From the NCBI GenBank assembly GCA_964036045.1, contig OZ038378.1:28892001-28956000 (forward strand): a DNA stretch of 64,000 nt, written 5' to 3'. This document shows, piece after piece, positions 13,550-26,420 of the stretch. This DNA is from Eutreptiella sp. 'Long Island Sound 2002' (lineage: Eukaryota; Protista; Euglenida). The translations under genes were made by a program, and so were the position numbers. How positions within the stretch are numbered: position 1 is the stretch's first letter; every line of letters begins with the position of its first letter. The notes beneath the pieces were generated by a model. It searched no databases. It was not told the origin of the DNA and was given only the letters and a program-made list of their open reading frames with translations.

Positions 13550-16500
13550 CAGGGCCTACGGCAGCCACAAACAGAATCCCTACAAGATGCAAAAAGCAGC
13601 ACATATCTCGGTCACAGCAGTGTATGCCATGGGGCTGCGTCCTGATGAGTAGTGCATGAATCAAGCTGTTGCATAGCATTTGGCTGTACCTGATTACCAG
13701 CATGGAATCAAGCTGTTTCCTATTGAACAGTGCATAGCATCTGGCACTATCCTATCGCAACGATGTACTCAGTGTCGCAGTGTTGGGTCCCTACTGTTCA
13801 ATCTTGCTATTGCAGTGGTCCGTAGCTACATTATGTACTTCACAATTACCTGTTTATGGTAACATCTTGTGCGGTTTTAGTTCACAGGGTTGCATGTACT
13901 ATTGGCACCATCATCGATTGCCACCTTGCAGCGAGTGATGCATGAAACAGCTTATTCGATTGCATTGTCAAGGGTACGTTCACCTCAAAACCTTTTTCTC
14001 TTGAACTACTGCCGTGACGCTCTTCTTGTGGATCTTCTGGAACTAATGAATTGGTTCATGGCCACCAATGTCTTGTCACCCACACCAATACTCTAGGTTC
14101 TTTTTTATCCACGAAGGACCTTTACAACGTCACTCATTGTTGCAATTATGTTTTTACATTGTTCTTTGAGGGCTACGAGTTATTTCCCACAATAGCTAGC
14201 TGCCCGTAGGCCAAAGGTCAATATGCTGCACATCATTCATTGAAAGGCAATTGCAGGGAGACAAATTATCATTGCACACGGATAATTTCAACGAGGATGG
14301 CACAGAGCAAGTGCACAAACAGGGATGACCAGTCGGCACAACGCAATAACCCGTGGCGGGTGTGGAACTCAACCCACAACTTTTCGGTGCTCATGATTTG
14401 GCTCAAATGTCCATTGTACCATTGTGGACGTTGTTTGCTGCTCACGGGCAACCAACATGTGGTATAACAGCATTGCACCACATGTACCACATGTACAACA
14501 TGTTTTTCAAGAAAACATCCTACGAAAGCCGCACATTCAAGCCCCGTAACCAACTACATCCAAAGCACGTGTATCTCCACTACCATTATCCATTGGCGAC
14601 TTTCCACACGACTTTGCGCGCATTTATCACTTTGGTTCTTATGATTGGCTGGGTGAAAGAAGCAATTCCTTTGATAACAATGTGCGTTTGGTGGAATGTG
14701 CATGGTTGTACACTTCGGTGGTTCAATGCTTGTTGGAGGTTCTTTTGCTACGAGCACTTCCCGCGCGACACTAGTTATCATCGGCCTGCAATTGGCCCTA
14801 ACTATGCACCATGCTGCCATGTTACACCTCAGTTGTTCTTCTCAAAGGTGCGCTACCCATGCTTCGCACGTCAAGACATTCAGTTGCCAGAGTTCACTAT
14901 GTGGCCAAAATTAGCCTTGCAAGTGATCTCATAGAAGCCCCACCGTGGTGCTTGCTACCATGTCTTGCGTTGGGCACGTTTATCTTGACCCCTAATGATG
15001 AATGGCAACAATTGCAAGCTATTTCGGCAATCTTACAGCGCATTCACCGTTGAACGCAAGGGAATTGAATCCGGTACAAACCGTTGGAGAATGCTTGCAC
15101 AATGCGCCAAGACTGAGCGTGGGGCTCGTCTTGTTCGTGGAGTAGTGGGATGCCACCGTAGGGCGAGCATTGCAACACGGAAGCCACATATGTCAGAATG
15201 TGGTTGGGTTCCATGATGATAATGTAAACAACCAAACCATGTTCCTCATATATGCCCAAAACGATGCGCCAGATTCCCACAAGTCACCTTTGGGATCATG
15301 AATGACAAGGCTCTTTGTTTCTATGGTAATATCCGGACAGAGCACACAACTCCTTCCGACTTCATAGCCTGCGGCTCCTCGGAGTAGGGTTCTGCAGCCG
15401 AACATCCTTGTGCGCACCTTGCTGCAACGCGCAAAATTGAGGTGTCCGCCCTATTCAGTGCAGTGGTGGGGAAATTTTGCTTACGGTACTCATGGGCTTG
15501 GCTGGGGCTTGAACAATGGTTCGCGCCACACCCGAAAACGGATTGTACGTGGTGCCACCGCCGACAGCATGGTGATTGCCATAGCCAAATCTTGGCGATC
15601 TACAGAAAATGGATAGGGCTGGACAGCGCGCAGAATGCGTAGAGCGAACCGGTGTCTTCATGGACACATACGAAGCCGACACGGAACATGCCTGAAACGC
15701 GCGTGACGTTGAAACCGGAACGTAGGGACAATTTTGGAGACAACACACAAAACGCGGCAAAGGCTTAGAGCACACGAACCTTCAGCCGGGTCCTGCTTGT
15801 GGATGAGGCATTCCTTGTACAGTGATGCACCACTTGGCCAAGGCTGCACTGGTAGTCTTCCCCTTGCAGAAACTCCTCCACAATACCCAAACTGCAAGCA
15901 TGTGCATCACTCGCCTTGTGCTTTTCTTGACACCTTTGCCCAGTTGGTAGGGCAAGCGGTGGTCGCCCTTTAGTCTTGATCATAAAGTGCGGCTTCCTCC
16001 TTTGCGTCCTTGCGGGTTCCGTGAGGTGCTCGGCCTTCACCTAACGCAGTGCGCTCTTGAGCTTCGCCCCCTTTGCCAGCTCATTCTCCTCGGTGTTGGA
16101 CGAGTTACCGGAACTGCTGCTTGACCAACTGCATGACCCATTGTTGGACCCACTGCCCGTCTTGCCGTCTGATCGAGACCCTGACCCAGATCCGTCCTTC
16201 CCGCTATCAGGGGACACGGGTTCGCTACTCTCCAACATGGTGGACTGCGGGACACGGGCTGTCGCTGACCCAACTGCTGCCATACGGGCAACCTTACTTT
16301 TCCCCTAATACCACACCTCCTCATCCGACTCCTCCCTCTTGCTCTTTGGCTTTCGCCTTCTCCCGTTTCTTCTTCTATTCCTTCTTCTTTTCCGTACTCG
16401 GTTGCATTCCATTCTTCTTGTCTTCCTTGGATTTCTTTTCCTCCTGCAAAAGGGGCGGCGTGCGTGTTGTACATGTGTTGCACGTTGGCTCCAAACGTGT

Positions 16501-18409
16501 CCCTTGGGCCAATAAGGCCGTCCTGCGTGTCGGGCGTGTCTCATGTGTTGACGTCTCGGCATGAGTGTTGTGCGCATCGTGCGTGTTCCACAGACCTCAT
16601 CAGGGACAAGCCACGGGAACAACCGCTCTTTAGCTTGTGCAACGCAATCTGAAGGTCACCTTGGCTGCGCTGATTCTCGATCTTCCTCTCCTTCCCACCG
16701 GTCATCCTGTCACGGGTGTGGATCTAGTAGCTGATGCATTGGGAGAGAAAGAGCGTGTTGTGGACCTGCTTGGCCTTGGCATCCTTCAGTCCTTTGACTC
16801 CTTGCACGCATCTAACGTGATCACCGCTTGTGACAAAAAAAATAACATTCGTCCAATGAAATGAAAAAGCAGTGATGCCTGCAGAATAGAGACGTGGCGG
16901 GGGCGGTGGAGGACATGATGGTAGAGCAATTCACAGGCAGGTGGAGCATTTGAACACACTTGTTTGTTGTTTGATTTGGAAGACGACGCATGCCGTCCCG
17001 GGCTCCACATCGGTAGCGGACATCGGGTCGCATTGCTCCAAGTGAGAATTCTCCAATCGGTACGCGCTTGGGACCAGCGGCAGCGCCATTCTTCAATCCT
17101 GGATCCAAAACGAATGTGGTCGCATAGCAACACAACACAACATGGAAAATATGCATGACGTGTAACGGTCCCCGTGTACTTCTTCTTTGATGCATCACGT
17201 GTGTGCATGAGGGTGCAACGCAACAATCTTCAAATGCAGGATGTGACCAAAATTGACCGCAAAGCAAGATTGCAACAAAATTGACACAAGCAAAGGGGTA
17301 AAAAGAGGGAAAATACCACCCCACGGCAACCACATCTTCTTTCTCCAACCTGGAGACAAAACAAGGTAAAAGGGGCAAATATGGAGCACCACATACCTGC
17401 CGGTGGCTACCGGTCCCTACAAGGCCTACCAATAGCCGTGATTTCTTAGGGGAGCCAAACCCCCTCTGTGTTGCCGGACCGTGACCTGAAAATATGACAC
17501 AGCACAACACGCACGACACGCAAAACACGAACGATCTCCAGGGAAAACCTTGGAGCCATGTACGGAGACGTGCGGAACGTGCAGGACACGCGCACTGCGT
17601 GCATGGCACTTTAAGGGACACATCGGGTCAAACCTGGTGGCCAAACCGCCAGGCCGGATCGGCCCTGAGATGCCAGGCTCCTTGACCGCCCAAACGCTTG
17701 CCCGTTTGTACAAGCAAATCCCGGGCAACTGCTGGTGGCAAGCTGGCTTTATGTTTGGTGGAAGCGGTCCCGGCCCTCCTTGGCTTGCCCCCATGTATGC
17801 CCCCCCATGTGCCGTACTTACCCAACAATATAACCTAATGTATTAACCCCCACATGGTAGCTCTAGCAAGGAATATTCCAAGGTAAGTGGCTCCCAATCC
17901 TGAGCATGCCACGCTAACGTGTTTAGGTACATGTGTTGTAAGTGATTGTTAGTTAACTTGAAACATTGTTGATGGCACAAATGTGACGACTACTTGGATG
18001 CCTTTAGGTAGGTCCTTGAGTGGGAGCACAAGGGCCCTCCTTAGAGGGTCGTTGAGGGGGTATTTCATAGAGTCGCGTTGGGGGATCCTTCATAGGGGCT
18101 TTTCACAGCAGGGCTGTCCTTAACGCAAAAAAAAAAAAATCCCGTCCAGTCGGGGGTAATTTCAAAAGAGCCCGCGGACAGTACATGTCTTCACCCCGGT
18201 GTCTCCAACTGTTGAACCATGAGTCCCTAGCCCCAAATTGGTCTCAGCACACAACCATATGATCCTAGCCCCACATGTGTTGCATGACCCTACCTCACAC
18301 CCTGCACAATTCAACATGAACAAGAGCAAATATTCTGATCAAATACAATCATGTAGCGTTCGACCACCCGAATGTTCCATCGCCGGTGGCACAGCTGGAA
18401 ACAAACTCC

Positions 18410-19782
18410 CTACTGCTGGTATAACCTCCGGAAGTGCACCCTGACACGCTCCATAAGCTCACCCTTCCCCCCGCCCACACTCAAACCATGCTTCCTACAA
18501 ATGGCGTTAAACTCAACCTTCGTCCACTCATGCAACCTCCCCCTCTCCATTGCGTTCAACACCGCCTGATCCACATCATACCGAAACACCAACTGCGCGG
18601 CAGGGTTCGAAGAGGTGGAGGGGACAGCTGGTGGGTTACGAAGGTCAGAAGAGGAGCTACTGGCAACTGCACCTGCCTGCTCCATATCCTCGTCCTCACT
18701 GTCTTCGTCCTCACCCTCCAACTCAACCCCATACACATCACCAATGTCGGCGTCACGTGTAGCCCTCTTGGGGAAAACCCACAAATCTCGAATGTCCAAC
18801 GGAACCTCTGCCTCACCATCCTCTTCCAAAGAAACTGCCAAATCCTTGAAAGCCGCAAACCCAAGCAAACCACCATCTTCCACCTCAACCGCATGCCCTT
18901 GCTTCCGTTTGCGCGGGCGGAAAGGGGTCTTGCGCAACTCATCAAAAACCTCAAAGGGCCCCCAATCCTCCGGTGCCTCCCCATTGCACCTTACCCACAG
19001 CGTCTCACACATGCGCTCCGTGGTTTGGCCAAAGTCCGTAGCCGTCACGTAGCTAAAAACTCTCTCACTTGATGATGCTACTCCCTACGTCAACACCCAA
19101 CGATTCCTCCCACCCCCCTGGAATGACATGACGCATGGTGTACAACAGCTGTGTGCACATCACGTTCATCAAACCCGGACGGCAGCGACCCGTGCCCCCT
19201 TGGTCGCTTGAACTTTCTTGCTTGTGGCACAAACCACAGCAAAAACATCGCAAAAAAAGGCTGCCGTCAACTTGAAGAGGGGGTGTGAAAGTGCATCGAA
19301 CAAGCCCTCGGCCTTCTCCCTCCGCCCCAGGTCAGCCTCATGACTAATGTACTCGGGCAAGTGTTCCACAACAGCAGGCAAGTTCTCTAGCACAATATCC
19401 AGCTCGTGGAACATCGCTTCCACCCAACGCACACCAGTGCGGCGGGAGAAACAAAACTTCCCCCCCCTTGCGCCACAACCCCCGCATGAGCTTGGAGCTG
19501 GTCCTGTAGAAGCAGGCCAAGAAAGACACCAGATCATCCAGTGCATCGTACCACAGCTTGACCTTTCCCTTTGCAGTGCTGATCGCTCGCATCAAGCAAT
19601 GTGCTGCATCCTTCACCCAACCAATGAGTTCCTTCCCCCCTTTCTCCCTTATATTGTTCAGCAGACCCACATAGGCACCCATAGTGCCGGCACCATCCGA
19701 GACCACCGCGATGATGCGCTCCTCGATCACCTTCCACTCAATGCCCAGCTGGTCAAACACCTTCCGGACGGTGTCATCGATT
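18410..19782 (-). pseudogene. hAT transposase C-terminal half with SAP-like tail (frameshifted)
   Basis: VVSDGAGTM (catalytic D), KDAAHCL (CxxH-like), GVRW (TRW-like) and VASSSERVFS (hAT dimerisation/E motif, 19051-19080), then an acidic linker and WTKVEFNAICRKHGLSVGGGKGELMERV (SAP-like). Confidence 0.85.
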
Positions 19783-20418
19783 CCCCACCGATTCAGAGCG
19801 GGCGGCAAAATCAGAAGTGGCCCACAAGTGGGCAAATGGGCTACCTCACCCCTGCCGCCTCGGGTGTCCCCACCGCTTCAGAGCGGGGGGCAAAATCAGA
19901 AGTGGCCCACAAGTGGGCAAATTGGCTACCTCACCCCTGCCGTATCGGGGAGCCCCACCGCTTCAGAGCGGGGGGCAAAATCAGAAGTGGCCCACAAGTG
20001 GGCAAGTTGGCTACCTCACCCCTGCCGTATCGGGGAGCCCCACCGCTTCACAGCGGGGGGCAAAATCAGAAGTGGTCCACAAGTGGGCAAATTGGCTACC
20101 TCACCCCTGCCGTATCGGGGAGCCCCACCGCTTCAGAGCGGGGGGCAAAATCAGAAGTGGCCCACAAGTGGGCAAGTTGGCTACCTCACCCCTGCCGTAT
20201 CGGGGAGCCCCACCGCTTCAGAGCGGGGGGCAAAATCAGAAGTGGCCCACAAGTGGGCAAATTGGCTACCTCACCCCTGCCGTATCGGGGAGCCCCACCG
20301 CTTCAGAGCGGGGGGCAAAATCAGAAGTGGCCCACAAGTGGGCGAAATGGCTACCTCACCCCTGCTGTATCGGGGAGCCCCACCGCTGCAGAGCGGGGGG
20401 CAAAATCAGAAGTGGTGC
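19783..20418. repeat. 85-bp tandem satellite, about 7.5 units, inside hAT copy 1
   Basis: caaaatcagaagtgg starts at 19806, 19891, 19976, 20061, 20146, 20231, 20316 and 20401 (exact 85-bp period). Each unit carries the palindromes CCCAC-aa-GTGGG and CCGCT-tcag-AGCGG. Confidence 0.97.
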
Positions 20419-21061
20419 CCAAAAGAGGGCCGGGGGGGGTAGACATGGCCCACGTTCGGCCAGGGCAAAAAGGCCTCTAGGGGCTGTCCTTAAGGGCTGT
20501 CCTTAACAAAAAAAAAAAATCTCGGGGTCCTTAAGGACGGCCCTATTTCACAGGGTCCAACAAGGCGTCACCACCTTGTTCAAAGAGGTCTTTCATGGGA
20601 TCCTTCATTGGCGTCTTTCAAGAGGCTCCTTGACCGGGGTCCTTCAACGGGGTCTTATAGTGATCCTTCATGGGGAATCTTCATGTTAGTCTTTTGGGGG
20701 GTCACTCTGGTGCCATTTCATAGTGGTCTTAGGGTGTACTATTCGCATAATTCCCGGGAGTCCCCTCAAAAGGGGGGGTGTAAAAGATGAAAAGACATAC
20801 ACAACTGTGGACATAGCGTCTAATATTAGGGGGTACGGGCGTATGTACGCAACGTCGAATTTTATTACTATTTTTTGGACTGACTCCAGATTTTAGCTTG
20901 AAAATAGAGCCCAAAAATGTCAATTATTGAATGGAGAAGGCAACTGTTCGGGGGTAGGACGTTCCCTAACTCTGAAAAAAAAAATGAAACGGGATGTTAC
21001 ACCCAAAACCCCAAAACGGTTGTTCCCGGCTAGGTGTTGCCACTCTTCTCCTTTGGGTACC

Positions 21062-21243
21062 TTGGACTCTGGGATTGTAGTCCATTCCTACAAAGGCATA
21101 CAAATGTGAAGCGGTTGGACTTTGGGATTGTAGTCCATTCCTAAAAGGCATACAAATGTGAAGCAGTTGGACTCTGGGATTGCAGTCCGTTCCTACAAAG
21201 GCATACAAATGTGAAGCAGTTGGACTCTAGAATTGCAGTCCAT
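21062..21243. repeat. 53-bp tandem repeat x3.5 in the subterminal region of hAT copy 2
   Basis: ttggact starts at 21062, 21115, 21167 and 21220; each unit has a GGACT...AGTCC stem. Confidence 0.9.
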
Positions 21244-21334
21244 AGCACATGCAAACCAACACGAAACAATTTCAGATTATTTACGCCCACCAATTTTGTA
21301 ATCAACCAAAATTGTGTCCATAATAGTGAATAAC

Positions 21335-22760
21335 ACTTACTTGCTTGCAACGTGGCCGACAACACGCGCCAACACATCTGCCTTGTTCCCCCGAACACAT
21401 AGACCATACCTGCGGCAAATAGCCCTGAGTTCACACAAAACCCACTCATGCATCGTGCCATCTTGCATAGATGCTGCAAGTGCTGCATCCACATCATATG
21501 GAAACCTTGCGGAGAGAATGGGGGGATCCTTCTTGGGTTGTTGTATAGCTTTAAAAACGGTTTTAGGCTGAACGAGGTCTTCCTCAACTTCTGAGTTTGC
21601 ATCCCCCTCCTGCCATACAGCTCTTCAATTTCAGAAATTTCCACGTCCTGTGTGCGTGCAATGCTGGGTCAGGCCCAAAATGACATCATCTCTTCGGTGG
21701 GTTCAAAGTCCTCCACATCACAAGGGACTGAAAAATCTTTGAATTCTTCGAAGCAAAGCAATGTGTTATCCTCTACATCTACAGCGTGCCGTCGGACACG
21801 GCGTCGTGCCTAAATTGCTTGCCACGCAACTCAGCAAACACTTCACCTGGACAGCACTCCTCAACACATGGCCCATTACACCAAATCCACAGGACCTCGC
21901 ACATACGCTGAGTGCTTTGGCCGTGGTCATGGGATGTCACAAAAGAAAAAAACATGCTCACATGAGCAAGATGCTATCTCAATCCAATCTCGCAGTCCCT
22001 CTTGCTGCACCCATACCCCCCTAGCAAAGCGCTCGTGCAAATCTGAAATTAGGAAAGTAAGAAAATGATCGCAACCACCTTGAATGGGAGAGACAGCGGG
22101 ATCATACCCAAGATGCGCCCACCCACCATCAACCGGTTTGCGCTTCGTGAACATGAATTGGGAACAGAAAGCATTGACCATCCCACGGAAAACGTCCACT
22201 TTCAAGCCGTACTGAGTGTTCTTAGAAGTGACACGGACTACTTGAAAAACATGCACAACAAAAGCGGCTGAAACACAAAAAATCTCATGACGCACAGCTT
22301 CCAACAAATCTTCTGCTTTATGTTTACGACCTGCGTCTGTCTGTGAAGCAATACATTCTGGTACATGCACACATAGCCTGCAAATTAGCTAGCACAGTGT
22401 CCGGTACTCAGCACTTCGTTTATGGGCTGCGAGGGGGTTGCGCTCTTTCGAAGCGGTGCCCAACACCCATGGGGAGGGCTCTTCATTGGCAAGCCGGGGT
22501 CCGTCCTCCGCTTTCGAAGCATACAGGTAGCCGGCAAATCCACCCTTTTTCGGTGACGGTAGTGAAAGGCATCACACCGGGCCAAAGAGCATCCTTTTCA
22601 CTTTTAAACTCCTTGAAATTCCAAGGAGATCTTGGCGCCCCTACTGCATAAGGATTCGAACCTTGACGAAATTGCTCAAGCATCGTCTCCTCGTCATTGT
22701 CTCATGGCACTGGTGACAATCCTGGATCCAAATTAATGACCAGACGGGGCTTCGGTTGTT
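21335..22760 (-). pseudogene. Degraded hAT transposase of copy 2 with SAP-like tail
   Basis: Fragments align by eye with copy 1: DTVLANLQAM~DIVLENLPAV; VPECIASQTDAGRKHKAEDLLEAV~LPEYISHEADLGRREKAEGLFDAL; GQSTQRMCEVLWIWCNG~GQTTERMCETLWVRCNG; YDVDAALAASMQDGTMHEWVLCELRAICRRYGL~YDVDQAVLNAMERGRLHEWTKVEFNAICRKHGL. Confidence 0.8.
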
Positions 22761-23719
22761 TTTGAAATGTGTTCATGCGGCGCTGATGAGCAAAGAGTGC
22801 CTGCACCTCCTCTGCAACCTTCCGCACCAATTGGTGATCCTTTGCGTCCTTTCAATTCTTGCTGCCCTTGCCCATTGCAATAACAAACAGGTGTATGGAT
22901 ATCAAGAAAAATTGTAAAGTAGTGAAACCAGCAATGAAACACACCACAACGCAGTCCTAGAAGGTCAGTAGTACACCCCATGCGCAACCGCCATACATGT
23001 CTAAATGCGTGTGTTCCACCGGTTACCCTAAATCGGGTCAACCACATTGCATCGGGGACCAACCGCATAGCCGACATCTTGCCGTCACCCTGCGCAACCA
23101 TTGTACATGTTCAAATGCCCTTACCCGGTGCAGCCAGTTTCCACCCACGACTGAGGGCGGGATTGGATGATTGCCTCCTCTTCATCATCTAGGTGCTGTT
23201 CATATTCATCGCAATCGAATGGGCACCGCACAACAACATGAGTCCACGGCAGCCCGGCACATCGCCTAGCCTCCCCAAAGTCCGCTATGAGCCGCATGAG
23301 TGTGTGGCTAAATGCGGACTCGTACCGCAGCACGGTCCTCACCCAAAATTCCCCTGCATGCACGTGACGAGCAAAGGTGAAGGCCATGTTTCCGCGCACC
23401 AAAAATCAGAAGTGTTCCCCAACAAAGGGGAACAAAATCAGAAGTGACTGCCTCACCCCTACCTTCTCGGGGGCCCAAAGGAGGGCGGAAATGCTACGTC
23501 ACCCATGCCTTCTCGGGAGTCCCCGAACACGGGGTTCAAAAAGGGCCCTCACCGGGCCAGTGGAAAAAAGCCCCTGACGGGGGTTTTCGATGGTTCAGGG
23601 TAACCCTACTACCAACGTTCCTTAAGAGAAAGAAAAAAAAGAGGGTCTTAGGGAATGTCCTGTTCGGGGGACCAAAAGGGGACTTCACAACTTTTAACAG
23701 CCAATGACCCTCGCACGTT

Positions 23720-25114
23720 GCGGCGGAAGCACCGTAAAATTTATAGACAAAGTGCCGGCAATTGGACCATGGGCACACACACGCCGTAACATAACACACA
23801 AAACTTGCACAACATTTTACCATGCATAAGCCGTAAAACCAACAAAGACTTGGGCAGAGGAGCATGTACAGCTGTTAGGTATCATGTAAACATGCATCAC
23901 CTAAGATTTGGGGGTGAATTGAAAAGGTTTCCACACAAGCCCAGCGGGACCCAGCTGTTAGACTCTCTTGGGGGTGGTTTGAAATGGGCTATAATAGCTA
24001 GCAATTCCGAGTGGGGAGCCCCCCCGTCCCACCGCAGTGCACCACATTCCTGAATTGCTTGTTTCCGGCGCTTACCATGACAACAGGGTTTCTGTGGCAC
24101 TGCCCGACACCAGTACCAACGGGAAAATATGATCACCACATCCATGGGTGGTGATCACACTTGTGAAATCATTGCAATTTCATGGGTGGGACTGAGCTGT
24201 GCGGCGGCCCTTTTACAACTATAAAAATCCATAAATACCATAAGAATGCAACAAAAAGTGCAAATGGTTTAGCAAAATGTGTGATTGCAAGGGGGTGCAA
24301 TCAAAAATCCGAGCTGCCAACCTCCCAGATTCAGCTAAATTGCACACACCATTGCAGCGCACATGGCTCAGGGTGCACCCAAGGACATGCTGGTCACCAT
24401 TATCATTGGTGCTGATGGCAGGCAGTGCCACAAAAACCCTACTTTCATCATAATTGCCAAAAACAAAAGATCCGGGAATCCGGCGCACTGCGGTGCGACT
24501 GGGGGGCTCCCCACTTGGAAGAATGGCTGGCTGTTTCGACGCCCCTGAAAAAAGAGGCCTAAGAGTTTCAACTGTTGGATCCCATCAGGCTTGTGTGGAA
24601 ACCTTTTGAGGTTCATCCCAATATTTTTGTGACCCCTGCATATGGCAGCTTTGTACACTTTGCAGTTTTCATGTTTGTCACTCTGTTTAGATGCACCCGG
24701 ACGTTTTCGTTGGTGTTGGTGACAGGCAGTGCCACAGAAACCCCATTGTAATGACAACCGCTGGAAACAAGAAATTCAGGAAAGTGGGGCACTGCAGTGC
24801 GACTGGGAGGCTCCCCACTCAGAAGAATTTCTGGCCGTTACAGCGCATTTCAAACCACCCCCCATGACAATGTAACCACTGGATCCCGTTGGGCTTGTGT
24901 GCAAAACTTTTGAGGTCGCCTTCCTATCAGCATGATGCATGTTTGCATGATACGTAACAGGTATACACGCTCCTTTACCCAGGTCTTTGTTGGTTTTACA
25001 GTTTATGCACAGCAAAATATTGAACTACATTTTATGTCCTATCTTACAGCTTGTGTATGACCATGGTCCAATTTCTGGAGTTTTGTCTGTAAATTTTTAC
25101 GGCGCTTCCACCGT
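23720..25114. mobile_element. Foldback-like element with ~410-bp imperfect inverted arms
   Basis: 23720-24128 is the reverse complement of about 24704-25114 (e.g. gcggcggaagcaccgtaaaatttatagacaaa vs tttgtctgtaaatttttacggcgcttccaccgt). A third partial arm lies at about 24400-24620. Confidence 0.8.
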
Positions 25115-25952
25115 AAAAATTATATGGCGCCTCCACCGTAAAATCAGTTGGTCCCCAAACCCTGATCTTTTCTAAAAGGCCTAATTTCAAGAAAACCCAC
25201 CCAGCAACTCACTCGTGCATACCTTTTCTTTTCTGCACTGTCGTTTATCATCTTCGCTGCACTTGCTCCCGCACGTGGTCCTGCATTTTACGGCACTTCC
25301 GCCGTAAAAATTCTGGCCAAAAGTGGAGGATATCAGTGGAATGGGGGGGTTAAGGACCCTGGGATGCAAAAGGGGGTGAAAATGTGCTCAGCACGCGCAG
25401 GGCACTCCTGCAAAGCATGCGAATAGTGCACCCCAAGGTGGTCCTTCAAGGGGATCTCGTGGGAGGGTCTTTCAGCCAGGGCTAGGTCCATCCATGGGGT
25501 CCCCTGATAGGGATCTTTACTTGGGGTACATCATGCTCACTTCCCCACCAGTTCTGTCCAATAATTCAGCCTTGATTAGGGTCAGTGTGTGGGGAGGTGC
25601 GGGGGTTGTGTTGGGGGGGGGGGGGGACTTCATGCCAACCATCCTCCATGCCGCTCTTTGCATGCTGTCTTGAGCTGTGGGAGGGTCTGCCATGCATTTG
25701 TTTTTAACCAAAATGAAACCCAGTTCAACAGGGTGAACGAAACATAGACAGGCATACCACAAAACCACATGCAAACACAAATGCAGACGACTGATACTGC
25801 TCATCCGCCCCTGCGATGTAATTGGTTGAAAACTGTGGCAAACCTTTGGCTGTTGAATCAGCCGATGGCTCAATTACACTGTGTCACATCAACGAAATGC
25901 AACTTGCTTGTTGAGATCAATAGAATGTTCTGCACCACCCTTTGATAGCGTA

Positions 25953-26420
25953 CTACTCACTGTGGTGGTGTGCATGCAAGCATACACACAACCACCAGCA
26001 CAACCACAGCAGGTCCCAACACAGTCTGACTGAGGAAACACAACCAGAACTTGCATGGCCAGTGAACACTTGTACAGAACTCGTGGAATACATTCTTATG
26101 AACTGCAGGCATTTGCCATGCCAAAGAGATGGTCACAGAGGAATTCTGGATGTGTAGCACAGCACTGGAAAACACTGCACTACTCTTTGATGTTGTGCTA
26201 CTCACTGTGGTGGTGTGCATGCAGCATATACACCAACAACAGCACAGCCACACCAGGTCCCAGCACAGTCTGACCGATGAAATGCAGCCAAGACTTGCAT
26301 GGTCCATTGATGACTTGCACAGAACTCGCAGAACACATTGTTATACATTGCAGACATTTGCCCTGCCGAATAGATGGTCATAAAGGAATTCTGGATATGT
26401 AGCATAGCACTGTAAAACAG
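25953..26420. repeat. 245-bp diverged tandem duplication (2 units)
   Basis: ctactcactgtggtggtgtgcatgca at 25953 and 26198, with colinear downstream blocks (aggtccc, gacttgcatgg, aggaattctggat). Confidence 0.9.

Larger units (their letters stand above)
18109..20545 (-). mobile_element. hAT DNA transposon copy 1 (2437 bp, internally deleted)
   Basis: Left TIR CAGGGCTGTCCTTAA (18109-18123); right TIR TTAAGGACGGCCCTA (20531-20545); identical 8-bp TSD TTTCACAG at 18101-18108 and 20546-20553. Confidence 0.92.
20955..23662 (-). mobile_element. hAT DNA transposon copy 2 (2708 bp), diverged relative of copy 1
   Basis: Left TIR TAGGACGTTCCCTAA (20955-20969); right TIR TTAGGGAATGTCCTG (23648-23662); identical 8-bp TSD TTCGGGGG at 20947-20954 and 23663-23670. 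Confidence 0.92.

Noticed and set aside
14000-17850. Assorted 60-270-aa ORFs
   Set aside because: Stop-riddled in all frames with no recognisable motif or splice-consistent model; probably old degraded repeats.
19347-20506. Long ORFs (377, 252 and 229 aa) with repeated peptides
   Set aside because: Artefacts of the stop-poor 85-bp satellite.
22645-22670. B-box-like CAAGGTTCGAATCCTT
   Set aside because: No A-box or cloverleaf; it lies within the degraded hAT transposase coding region.
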